Virus record (IMG/VR): IMGVR_UViG_3300028610_000690 | Location: 1-29,569 of that record | Source: a virus | Taxonomy: Duplodnaviria; Caudoviricetes | Strand: one strand, 5' to 3' | DNA: 29,569 nt | Part shown: piece after piece, positions 1 to 7,869 of the stretch | Position numbering within the stretch: the first letter of the stretch is position 1 | How the letters are laid out: each line of letters begins with the position of its first letter | Made by a program: the position numbers and the translations under genes | Notes under the pieces: generated by a model | What the model was told of the DNA's origin: nothing | Seen by the model: only the letters and a program-made list of their open reading frames with translations | Databases searched by the model: none

Positions 1-691
1 GGTATCGTTTGTTAAAGTCTTCTGGAAGAGTCCGATTACGAACCTCGTTACTGTTTTCATCCAAGAGCCATCCCCCATCAGGGCGTTGTTCTTCCTCTGG
101 TCGGATTAACTTTTTGGACTCTAAATACATGTCCCAAAAATCATCTGGATTAGCACGAGTTATTTCTTGATGTTCAATATATTCTTGCAACCAAGGAATA
201 TATTGATCAATTGCCACCTGCCCAATTTTTACACGATCAGAATTGAGATCAATAGTTTCTGCAAAATCCTGAGCATATGCTTTATCAGACTGCTTCCACA
301 GATCACAAAGGATATTGAAATCTCTCTTCGAAAGGTGTGTTCGTACATGTCGATAGTGAAAGTGAAAAGTATCTCCTCCCCCATCTTTATCAGCGCCACC
401 GCGAGTAAATTCTAACGCTGCTCGTTCATGGTGGAGCCTCTGTCCTGGAAGTCGGAAGGTATGAAGAGTAAAACCTTGTTCCTCGGGATCAGGCTGTCCT
501 AGTTCATCATACTTCTTACGAGCCTCTATCCAGTGATCAGACATTGCGAGAAATTCTTCCTTAGTATAAACCGGGCGCATGTCTTCAAAATGGTCGTGAA
601 TACACTCTCGTAGCTCAAGAGTACAACTATGCTCGTAGTATAATGTCTGATCTACTTGCTCTTCACCAAGTAGCTTTAGGTTATACCCCAC
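1..691 (-). CDS. Hypothetical protein, partial (runs off the left edge), with an internal HxH-containing repeat
   Basis: Not in the ORF track. Manual translation from GTG at 691 (GAGGAG upstream) gives MGYNLKLLGEEQVDQTLYYEHSCTLELRECIHDHFEDMR..., open to position 1 (about 230 codons). Confidence 0.8.
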   Translation of the reverse strand, partial: MGYNLKLLGEEQVDQTLYYEHSCTLELRECIHDHFEDMRPVYTKEEFLAMSDHWIEARKKYDELGQPDPEEQGFTLHTFRLPGQRLHHERAALEFTRGGADKDGGGDTFHFHYRHVRTHLSKRDFNILCDLWKQSDKAYAQDFAETIDLNSDRVKIGQVAIDQYIPWLQEYIEHQEITRANPDDFWDMYLESKKLIRPEEEQRPDGGWLLDENSNEVRNRTLPEDFNKRY

Positions 692-695
692 TAAT

Positions 696-1580
696 TCAGC
701 TCCTCAAAGTTATATACTTATGGAATGCATAAAGTTCATGAATATGAGGGCGCTTATCGTTTTCTTCATTATGAAGTTCGGCCCATTCTTGAAACTCTTG
801 GCAAATAGTTCCATTATAAAGTAACTTATCTAAGTCTCTATAATACTCTACTTCAGGATGATGTTGCTTAAGAATGTCTTTCATTTCATACCATGCGTCT
901 ATACGAAACCCATCCTGTAGAGGAAACGGGATTCCTTCTAGCTCTGGAACCATCGGATGTTCTGGGTACCGACGCGGATCTTGCTTAGTTATCTGGTGCC
1001 AGTATAGAAAGCTTTCTTCGTGATCTGCCCAAACTCCAGCAATAAAGAAGTCTCTGCAAGCAGAGCGCAACGCTCCCAACGGGCTCTTATAATGTAGATA
1101 ACGCCTTGTACTTCGGGCGGGTATTCGAAGCCCCACCAACGATTGGTGAAGACTTACCTCATAATGTAAGTTAGGATTCCATTTGTATAATAGCTCTCGA
1201 TGATAGTCAGTGTCATGATGTTCATTATTTATGACATTTGTACCAGGAAATGCCACCACATCATACCTTCCCCACGCAGCGCTCATTAACATACGTAGTT
1301 CATTCAACATCTCTGGGGTAGGAAGCTCATCATCATCAAGGCGAAGATGCCATCCTTCTTTAGGGGCATGATCTAAGCATGCTTGGTATGCATCTCTAAA
1401 ACTATCAGCCCATGGGAAATACACAAGATCAGTATTAGAAAAAGACTTCACATATGTTTCTACTTCCAAATCCCGTTGCCCTATGCAGATAACCGTTTGA
1501 TCCACATACGGATGTATCCGGGTCAAATTACGTTTAAGCTTATCCAAGTTAGGAGTTGTGTTACATAAATAACTAAGCAC
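696..1580 (-). CDS. Glycosyltransferase family 2-like (GT-A fold) protein
   Basis: GWHLRLDDDE DxD-type motif, WADSF motif and a later LH motif; clear paralog of 26588..27541. Confidence 0.65.
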   Translation of the reverse strand: MLSYLCNTTPNLDKLKRNLTRIHPYVDQTVICIGQRDLEVETYVKSFSNTDLVYFPWADSFRDAYQACLDHAPKEGWHLRLDDDELPTPEMLNELRMLMSAAWGRYDVVAFPGTNVINNEHHDTDYHRELLYKWNPNLHYEVSLHQSLVGLRIPARSTRRYLHYKSPLGALRSACRDFFIAGVWADHEESFLYWHQITKQDPRRYPEHPMVPELEGIPFPLQDGFRIDAWYEMKDILKQHHPEVEYYRDLDKLLYNGTICQEFQEWAELHNEENDKRPHIHELYAFHKYITLRS

Positions 1581-3531
1581 TCTTCTTCAGCCCATTGGTT
1601 CGGAAGGCCAGCGCATCCTTGGAAGGATTCAAGCTAACAGTAATTTTAGCATCTCTATCTGGTATTTCCTTCTTGAGAATAGCTCGAGCCAGCGGAGTAG
1701 ACAGGTGCTTCTTGACTGCTCTGCGCAGGGGCCTAGCGCCAAACTTCTTGTCAATCCCATTATCCAGGAGGAAATTCTTGGCTCCCGGATTAACCTTCAT
1801 CGTAATGGTCTTACTCTTATGGATCTGTTCAGCCGTTTCATCTAGGATAATATTCAGTACGTGGAGGAAATCATCCTTCTCCAGATCGCGGAAATGAACA
1901 ACGTCATCCACACGATTGAGAAATTCAGGCTTGAACTTCTTCTTGAGAGCTTCTGCCCTGGCTTTGGCATCCTTAGAACTTGATCTATCCGCTACGTCTC
2001 CAAATCCCAGAGTTTTACTAAGCTCCTCTACTTCTTTTACACCAATGTTAGAAGTCATGAGGATCAAAGTCTCGCTAAACGAAACCTTACGACCACCCTT
2101 AGACTCGGTAAGAAGACCATCATCAATGATCTGGAGAATCCGCTCATGGAAGTTGTTGTGCCCCTTCTCCACCTCATCAAAGAGGACTACTGAGAAAGGA
2201 TACTTGGCCACTTCCTTAGTTAGGTGCCCACCATCATCATATCCAACATAGCCAGGGGGAGAACCAGTTAGTTTGGCTACCTCGTGGGGCTGCTGATACT
2301 CCTGACAATCGATTCGCACCAAGTGCGCCCCCAACGTATCTGCCAGAACCTTAGCAGTCTCCGTCTTGCCGACGCCAGTTTTCCCAGTGAAAAGCAGGAC
2401 TCCGATAGGTTCATTGTCTCTCTTGAGACCCACGGAGGCTCTCTGAACAGCATCTGAAATGTGTTCAATTGCCTCATCCTGTCCCACAATCTTCTTCTTC
2501 ATATCTTCAGTGATAGAAAGAAGCTTTTCACTAGTGAGATCCGAGAACTTGATTCCTCGCTTACGAACAGCCCCACTTTGATTGCCTGCTGCTGCCAAAC
2601 TCCTGCTATTCGTACGATGGGTAGCTCGGTTACGCCGACGATACTCTTGTTTAATCTTCTTTAGATTAATATCTTCAAGCTTCAAAAACGGATTGTAAAG
2701 TATCGCAATTTCGTAAAGCTCCCTAACCATATCTTCAGGCTTATGTTTCTTTGAGACCCCCATCTTATCCAACAGATGGAACACATCAGAAAAGTCTTCT
2801 ACACAAAGCTCTACAACTAGGAGATTATACCCACGTGCGGATTCGAACGGGGTACCCCCTAGTAAATTCACCAGGGCATCCTCACTTTCCTCGTATTGAC
2901 GGATATTTATGTGGACACCAGGGGTATTCCACTTATGTCCTACTAAGTCATAGGGCACGTCGCCTCCCATTCCATTTCCTCCGGTGTTATCCGAAAAAGG
3001 ATTGTCCGACGGAAGTTCAGAACCAGAAAAGTTAGTATCCTCCGGATCATCTTCATCCCTGGGAAGACGATCATCCTCATCTAGGATTTCAGGAGCACTA
3101 ATTATCATTCCAGGCCCAAAGTTAGACAGAGGAGGATCATGGTCCCATAGATTGTTTTCAATCAACGGCCTGGCTGCCTCTTTATCCTTCAGACTGGCCT
3201 TAGTCTTTAGAATATTGTTCTCATTGATGAAAATATTCTCGGGTCTAAAACCTGGACTGAGCTTAAACACCAGATTCAAAGCCTCCCTACGAATATCGGC
3301 AAACCGCATTAGAAGCTCGGGACGTTTTCTAATGTGAAAGAAGAACGGCCCAGAGTTAGCCATGCAACTACTCAGTACAAAGTCTTCGTACAAATGCTTG
3401 TAGATAAGACCCTTCTCTGATGCCAAAGTAGCCAGCTTGTCATTCACATCCTCTTCAGGAAATTCAATGACTAGGATGTTGAAATCCGCTGTCTCTAGCA
3501 GCACATTGTGAGTAATGTATCGGTCAGCCAA
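1573..3531 (-). CDS. Clp/Hsp100 AAA+ ATPase with only the ClpA/B/C D2-type module and a non-canonical N-terminal region
   Basis: IVGQDEAI, Walker A GKTGVGKT, GSPPGYVGY pore loop, Walker B LFDEVEK, MTSN sensor, LGF loop, FKPEFLNRVD, GARPLRR; TTG start after GAGGAG. Confidence 0.92.
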   Translation of the reverse strand: MADRYITHNVLLETADFNILVIEFPEEDVNDKLATLASEKGLIYKHLYEDFVLSSCMANSGPFFFHIRKRPELLMRFADIRREALNLVFKLSPGFRPENIFINENNILKTKASLKDKEAARPLIENNLWDHDPPLSNFGPGMIISAPEILDEDDRLPRDEDDPEDTNFSGSELPSDNPFSDNTGGNGMGGDVPYDLVGHKWNTPGVHINIRQYEESEDALVNLLGGTPFESARGYNLLVVELCVEDFSDVFHLLDKMGVSKKHKPEDMVRELYEIAILYNPFLKLEDINLKKIKQEYRRRNRATHRTNSRSLAAAGNQSGAVRKRGIKFSDLTSEKLLSITEDMKKKIVGQDEAIEHISDAVQRASVGLKRDNEPIGVLLFTGKTGVGKTETAKVLADTLGAHLVRIDCQEYQQPHEVAKLTGSPPGYVGYDDGGHLTKEVAKYPFSVVLFDEVEKGHNNFHERILQIIDDGLLTESKGGRKVSFSETLILMTSNIGVKEVEELSKTLGFGDVADRSSSKDAKARAEALKKKFKPEFLNRVDDVVHFRDLEKDDFLHVLNIILDETAEQIHKSKTITMKVNPGAKNFLLDNGIDKKFGARPLRRAVKKHLSTPLARAILKKEIPDRDAKITVSLNPSKDALAFRTNGLKKSA

Positions 3532-3541
3532 AGGTCTTCTC

Positions 3542-4405
3542 CTAGAGTTGAGAGGCTTTGATTACTTGGATCGCCTCTGCATGGCTAAGCTCTTCAAACG
3601 TCTGCTTGGGGCTTCCAGTTTCATCCTCAATTACTGCTAGAGCAATCATGTCCGATTGAGATAATCCCTTTCTCTGAGAGAGATTAGTAAGCGCGTTCAA
3701 CTGGGTAGGATTAGGTCCCGCACCTTCAACTCTACTAGCAAACGGGTTTGCTCTCTGAACCTCTACTGTTTTAGGAGCAGCCGGAGGTGCGGAGGGCTTT
3801 GGTACCGCGGCAGTCTGTCCTCCATTCCCAAACGGGTTGGTTCTCCGCGGTGTGGGTGGGGCCACGGTATTTGCAACCGGGGCCGCAGGGGGTGCAGGCG
3901 CTGTCGGCGCAGCAGGCGCAGCAACAGGCTTCGGCAAGGCGGGCTTGCCGGGGGTGTTACCCGGAACAGGCGGTGCTGGCGCACGCGGAGGTACCACAGG
4001 CTTCTGGAACTGCTGCTTCGGAGCCTCATCAGAGGCGTAAAGCTCAAGGGCGACGCCCAAGAGAGTAGCAGCCTTCTTCATAGCATCACTAGCTGCTCCC
4101 TTGAATGCTTCTCCCGGGCCCATTCCTTTACCCACATCGCAGGATCCGAACTGTGCCTTGTTAACGGCGTTGTTCTCAGCATCCCACACTGTGAGATTAA
4201 GACCTACGACAGCTGTATCACCGTACATGGTCTGGTGAAAGACAGATGTACTCCACCGATATTCAAACGCCTCGTTTAGGAGACTGATGACAAAATCGGG
4301 ACTCACATAATCAAAGGTCATGCCGGCTTTTCCGGGGCGTTTCTTGATCTTATCCTGGGGAAGCGGTCTTTCAATAACATTCTGAGCTAGTTCTGTAAGG
4401 GGCAT
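3542..4405 (-). CDS. Rad52/Rad22-family (Sak-like) single-strand annealing protein with a Pro/Ala-rich linker
   Basis: KRPGKAGMTFDYV...VISLLNEAF...AFKGAASDAMKKAATLLGVALELY matches the Rad52-like core; long P/A-rich linker, then a small helical C-terminal domain. Confidence 0.8.
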   Translation of the reverse strand: MPLTELAQNVIERPLPQDKIKKRPGKAGMTFDYVSPDFVISLLNEAFEYRWSTSVFHQTMYGDTAVVGLNLTVWDAENNAVNKAQFGSCDVGKGMGPGEAFKGAASDAMKKAATLLGVALELYASDEAPKQQFQKPVVPPRAPAPPVPGNTPGKPALPKPVAAPAAPTAPAPPAAPVANTVAPPTPRRTNPFGNGGQTAAVPKPSAPPAAPKTVEVQRANPFASRVEGAGPNPTQLNALTNLSQRKGLSQSDMIALAVIEDETGSPKQTFEELSHAEAIQVIKASQL

Positions 4406-4707
4406 TATCCCTCCTTATTTTTTTCCGTAGTGGGTTCTGTATATACTTCTCCATCGGGTAGAACCATTCCTTCCCGGGGGAAAATCTTAGTCTTGGTAAT
4501 TCGATCAGACAACCTTAGCTTTTGAAGCAATAGAAACTTGTTAATCTCGGGGTGGTTGAGTAAAACTATAGCAGTAGTTAGGATGTGTTTGTCACTTCCT
4601 ACACCAATAGTAATTTCACCAATTCCCTCGAAGTTCTCAATCCTCAAAGTTTCTAAGGGGCTCTTAGGCTGTAATTCATCCGGAATATTCTCCAACTTGT
4701 CAACCAT
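4405..4707 (-). CDS. Hypothetical protein
   Basis: Start moved to ATG 4707, which follows AGGAGG; the track start at 4728 lies within the -10 box. Confidence 0.7.
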   Translation of the reverse strand: MVDKLENIPDELQPKSPLETLRIENFEGIGEITIGVGSDKHILTTAIVLLNHPEINKFLLLQKLRLSDRITKTKIFPREGMVLPDGEVYTEPTTEKNKEG

Positions 4708-4727
4708 TTCTTCCTCCTGACAGTACA

Positions 4728-4756
4728 ATTATAAGAGATAGGGGACTATAAAGCAA
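4728..4756 (-). promoter_or_regulatory. Sigma70-type promoter
   Basis: TTGCTT (4756-4751), 17 nt, TATAAT (4733-4728), followed by AGGAGG and ATG. Confidence 0.75.
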
Positions 4757-4758
4757 GG

Positions 4759-5262
4759 CTACATGAACAACCGAAGCCGATGCTCATACCAATCTTCCAA
4801 TATATTAGTACTACTGTGAGTCTTGGAATCGCCAACTCCAGTTACTATTCTAATACCGTAATCGTTGCAAACTTCCCACTCTGGAATGGTATCTACATCC
4901 ATTCTATCCCCACCTTTGGTGAATACATCAGGATGTATAACCTTCAAGGCCTCATTTACAGTCAAATCGTCTTCGATCTCGAAAGGTATCACGAAATCTA
5001 CACCTCGAATAGCGGAGACAATCTCGCTCCGAGTCTTGAGGTCCATGAAATGCTTACCCTTCTTGTAGTCTAAGAACCAATCTCCATTGACCACAACTAC
5101 CAAATAATCTCCATGGGTCTTCGAGTCAACTATACAGGAGATGTGGCCGGGGTGGATCGGGTCGTACCCACCAGATGTTAGAATAAGACTACCCTCTAGG
5201 TTATTTCTAATCGGGGCGAACTCTTCTAAGGTTAAAATAGGCGCAAAATTAACTTCACTCAT
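4759..5262 (-). CDS. Cytidylyltransferase-like nucleotidyltransferase (TagD / RfaE domain II type)
   Basis: SGGYDPIHPGHI (HxGH), R..IVSAIRGVDFV, KGGDR and SST motifs; start at MSEVNF after GAGGAG. Confidence 0.88.
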   Translation of the reverse strand: MSEVNFAPILTLEEFAPIRNNLEGSLILTSGGYDPIHPGHISCIVDSKTHGDYLVVVVNGDWFLDYKKGKHFMDLKTRSEIVSAIRGVDFVIPFEIEDDLTVNEALKVIHPDVFTKGGDRMDVDTIPEWEVCNDYGIRIVTGVGDSKTHSSTNILEDWYEHRLRLFM

Positions 5263-5998
5263 TTTGTTCGTACTCCTCAAATGCTTTGACTATATCGATC
5301 ACTAATTGACTTCTGACAATGTCGTTTCGATCAAACTCCACAATGCCTACGTCAGGGGTGTCCTTTAAGACCTCCCGCAGCGTGCATAGTCCAGACTCTC
5401 TTCTATAAGTGGGCAGATCTGACTGCCCCGGGTCGCCATCAATTACTATCTTACATCCCTCTCCAACACGAGTCAATACCATCTTCAATTGCTCGATGGT
5501 GGCGTTCTGTGCTTCATCGAGTATGATAAAACAGTTATTAAATGTACGACCTCTCATATATGCTAGTGGCGCTACTTCAATGTACTGTCTCTCCATCTTC
5601 TCATTGGTCTGTTGGATACCAATCAAGTCATAGAGTGCATCGTAAATAGGCCTCATGTACGGATCTAGTTTATCCGACATGTCACCCGGAAGAAAACCTA
5701 ACTTCTCCCCCGCTTCAATAGCAGGGCGGGTGATGATCATTCTCTTTTTCTCTTTTGCGAAGTGATGGAGCAGTGCCTCATACACAGCTAAGTAGGTCTT
5801 ACCACTACCAGCAGGGCCCAAACCTATGGTTACTGTGTTTTTCTCGATTGATTCTAAGTACTTCTTTTGATTGTCATTACGGGGTTCTACCTTCTGTAAC
5901 TGTCGAAAAGTTTTCTCTCGTAATGCCTTCTCGTCATTGCGTTTGTTAGAATTCTTTCTATTAGTATTTCTTACCATGTAAGGTTTCCGCCTCCTCAT
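5255..5998 (-). CDS. phoH: PhoH-like ATPase
   Basis: GPAGSGKT, ITRPAIEAGEKLGFLPG, YMRGRTF, LDEAQN, VLTRVGE, GDPGQSDL, DIVRS. Confidence 0.95.
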   Translation of the reverse strand: MRRRKPYMVRNTNRKNSNKRNDEKALREKTFRQLQKVEPRNDNQKKYLESIEKNTVTIGLGPAGSGKTYLAVYEALLHHFAKEKKRMIITRPAIEAGEKLGFLPGDMSDKLDPYMRPIYDALYDLIGIQQTNEKMERQYIEVAPLAYMRGRTFNNCFIILDEAQNATIEQLKMVLTRVGEGCKIVIDGDPGQSDLPTYRRESGLCTLREVLKDTPDVGIVEFDRNDIVRSQLVIDIVKAFEEYEQNE

Positions 5999-6023
5999 GA
6001 TTCAGATCCCTAACAGCATCCTT

Positions 6024-6260
6024 TTATACTTCTTCCTCCTTGATAAACTCATCGAAAATAAGCTGGAAGATGTACTGAAACATCGGACCATCATACCTCT
6101 CGTTATGGCCGCAGTGACATTTAATATCCGTTACGGCCCTCGCTCGTATTTTGTGCTCATCATCCATAGTATTGTAGCCCTCTAGCCACACTTCATAAAG
6201 CAGAGCAAAAGATACGCGAGAGTGATCTCCACATTCATTACAACGCAAATCTACGTACAT
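6024..6260 (-). CDS. Small putative zinc-binding protein
   Basis: CNEC...CHCG; AGGAGG RBS; resembles the N-terminus of 6462..6824. Confidence 0.7.
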   Translation of the reverse strand: MYVDLRCNECGDHSRVSFALLYEVWLEGYNTMDDEHKIRARAVTDIKCHCGHNERYDGPMFQYIFQLIFDEFIKEEEV

Positions 6261-6274
6261 GTTGTACCTCCTGT

Positions 6275-6460
6275 GCTACCCAGGGGAGACCCCTGGGTAG
6301 CGGGGGCGACGGCAAGTGCCGGCGCACTCCACCAAGACAGTTTGGATCATGTCCAGGATCCGGGGTGCTCAGAGCAACCCCCGACCAGTCGCTCTTTTAG
6401 ATCCTGCGACGGGATCATCATTCCCCATCCCGAGTTGACTAAACCCGGGCGGTTCCCACA
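6275..6460. ncRNA. Putative structured non-coding RNA or cis-regulatory element of unknown family
   Basis: About 190 nt of GC-rich intergenic DNA in an otherwise packed genome, containing several hairpins including a perfect 12-bp stem (6275-6301). Strand uncertain. Confidence 0.5.
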
Positions 6461-6461
6461 A

Positions 6462-6824
6462 TTAGTCTTCAAAATCACTATCTGGTCGGAGCATAAGCAT
6501 ACGTACAAAAGCATCTAACTTTTTCTTATCTCCTAGCTCCGTTAATCTCTTGAATTCTTCGTGTTCTTTATCCGAAACATCGAATGCAACAATCGCATAC
6601 TTACCCGTTTCAGGACCGATCACACCCTCTTCAACCTTAGTCTTCATGTAATGAGAGAAGAACTCACCGCTATAGCTAAAAGGATCTCCACAGGAATCAC
6701 AAGTACCATCCACAGACAATTCCTTTGGTATATCCTCGTCCGGGTAGTCTGCTTTTATCGCCATTGCTAATAAATCCATACGCATTGAAAGGTCAAATTG
6801 ACAGTGCTCACACTTGAATGCCAT
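6462..6824 (-). CDS. Putative zinc-binding hypothetical protein
   Basis: CEHC...CDSCG; GGAGG RBS. Confidence 0.75.
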   Translation of the reverse strand: MAFKCEHCQFDLSMRMDLLAMAIKADYPDEDIPKELSVDGTCDSCGDPFSYSGEFFSHYMKTKVEEGVIGPETGKYAIVAFDVSDKEHEEFKRLTELGDKKKLDAFVRMLMLRPDSDFED

Positions 6825-6833
6825 GGCGACCTC

Positions 6834-7232
6834 CTAGCGGGTCTGCGATTTAAGCCACTCTTGTCTCCTCCGCTCAACCCGCATTTGATTTTTATCTACG
6901 TACTTGTAAGAACAAACCTTTCCTTCTCGTTCATACACCAAAATACCGGAGACATCATAGATACAAGCTGTTAGATTCTCCGGCTTACGTGCATCAGAGT
7001 CGGGGTTCTTAAAGGGCCCAAGAATATTCCCACTAGGTAAAATAGGACCAAAATTTCTGCGAATATTAGAAGAGCCCCTAAGAGAATATGTGCCTCTACT
7101 TCCATCATAGTGATAGACATTGATTCGATTATTGTAAGAGCGTGGGGAATGCGCCCCACGGAAATCACCTGCAACTACCTCAAGGGGCAGCAGAAGGAAC
7201 AAAGCCACCAGTAATACTCTCATTAATATCAT
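6834..7232 (-). CDS. Hypothetical exported protein (signal peptide)
   Basis: MRVLLVALFLLLPLEVVAG signal-peptide-like N-terminus; ATGA overlap with the upstream gene. Confidence 0.65.
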   Translation of the reverse strand: MILMRVLLVALFLLLPLEVVAGDFRGAHSPRSYNNRINVYHYDGSRGTYSLRGSSNIRRNFGPILPSGNILGPFKNPDSDARKPENLTACIYDVSGILVYEREGKVCSYKYVDKNQMRVERRRQEWLKSQTR

Positions 7233-7483
7233 ATTCGCCCCAATTTATGGCTTCTTCCCATCCATCGCAGTGCAAGATTTACTTCTAACTCGCAGCTTGG
7301 GCAGAACAGTTCGTCTGGATAATCCCCAACAGTACTCAAGGGCTGCATCGTATGATACGTTAAGTAACACCAAGGACATAGAATATCATGCTTCTCCATT
7401 TGTTTAGCCAAATACTCTACAAATTTCTTATCGTCAACCCTCTGACCTTCAGTATTTATTCCTCTGAAGATTATATCCATCAT
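7229..7483 (-). CDS. Small zinc-ribbon hypothetical protein
   Basis: CPWC...CPSC; AAGGAG RBS. Confidence 0.7.
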   Translation of the reverse strand: MMDIIFRGINTEGQRVDDKKFVEYLAKQMEKHDILCPWCYLTYHTMQPLSTVGDYPDELFCPSCELEVNLALRWMGRSHKLGRI

Positions 7484-7495
7484 TTTAATTCTCCT

Positions 7496-7812
7496 TGCAA
7501 CCCGTTCTGTTGCCCGGTGGGTCAGTCCGCGCTTTCCTATTGCAGTATTAGTGCTTAGGCAGCGATTGCAACCTGTTCCACGTCCTTGGAAACGAGTTCC
7601 TTAGCGTGTAGGCGAGTTGCGTACTCTACGAGAGAGTTGCCAATTATATATGTGAGCCTATTTAACATGGCCTGCTCATCCATGGGCTGCGTCCCTATAC
7701 TTCATCAACACGTCGAATCCAATTCATCCCCAGTTTATCCAATGAACTGCTTGCTGGAGATGCGGGGGATCGAACCCCGGTCCGCCCTGACTCTATATAG
7801 AGCCGGGTTACA
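7496..7812 (-). ncRNA. ssrA: tmRNA, circularly permuted (two-piece) gene
   Basis: On the minus strand the acceptor piece comes first (GGAC-CGGGG-TTCGATC-CCCCG-CATCTCC-A, ending at 7755), then a 23-nt intervening segment, then the coding piece starting GGGGATG AATTGGATTCGAC at 7731. It shows a 7-bp acceptor stem with G3.U70, pseudoknot 1, and a tag frame at 7641-7555 (GNSLVEYATRLHAKELVSKDVEQVAIAA*). Outer ends are approximate. Confidence 0.92.
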
Positions 7813-7869
7813 GCCATCTAATACTCATCTTTCTTAATCTGTCTTGTGCTACCGTCCCCACACTTGCAT

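Noticed and set aside
1573-3531. Calling the ATPase clpB, clpA or clpX
   Set aside because: It lacks D1, Clp-N repeats, the ClpB middle domain and the ClpX zinc-binding domain; no standard symbol fits.
6275-6301. Rho-independent terminator at the perfect 12-bp hairpin
   Set aside because: No U-tract follows on either strand.
6275-6460. Cobalamin riboswitch (GGGAA and GCCCCCGC resemble parts of it, and NrdJ uses B12), or ZTP riboswitch, SRP or 6S RNA
   Set aside because: No ACTGT core or B12 box, no GGCG/CGCC ZTP pseudoknot, no SRP helix-8 motif and no single long 6S-like hairpin.
7755-7790. tRNA gene suggested by the GTTCGATCCC T-arm
   Set aside because: No upstream acceptor 5' strand, D-arm or anticodon arm; the pairing strand lies downstream and is followed by pseudoknot 1 and a tag frame, so it is a permuted tmRNA.
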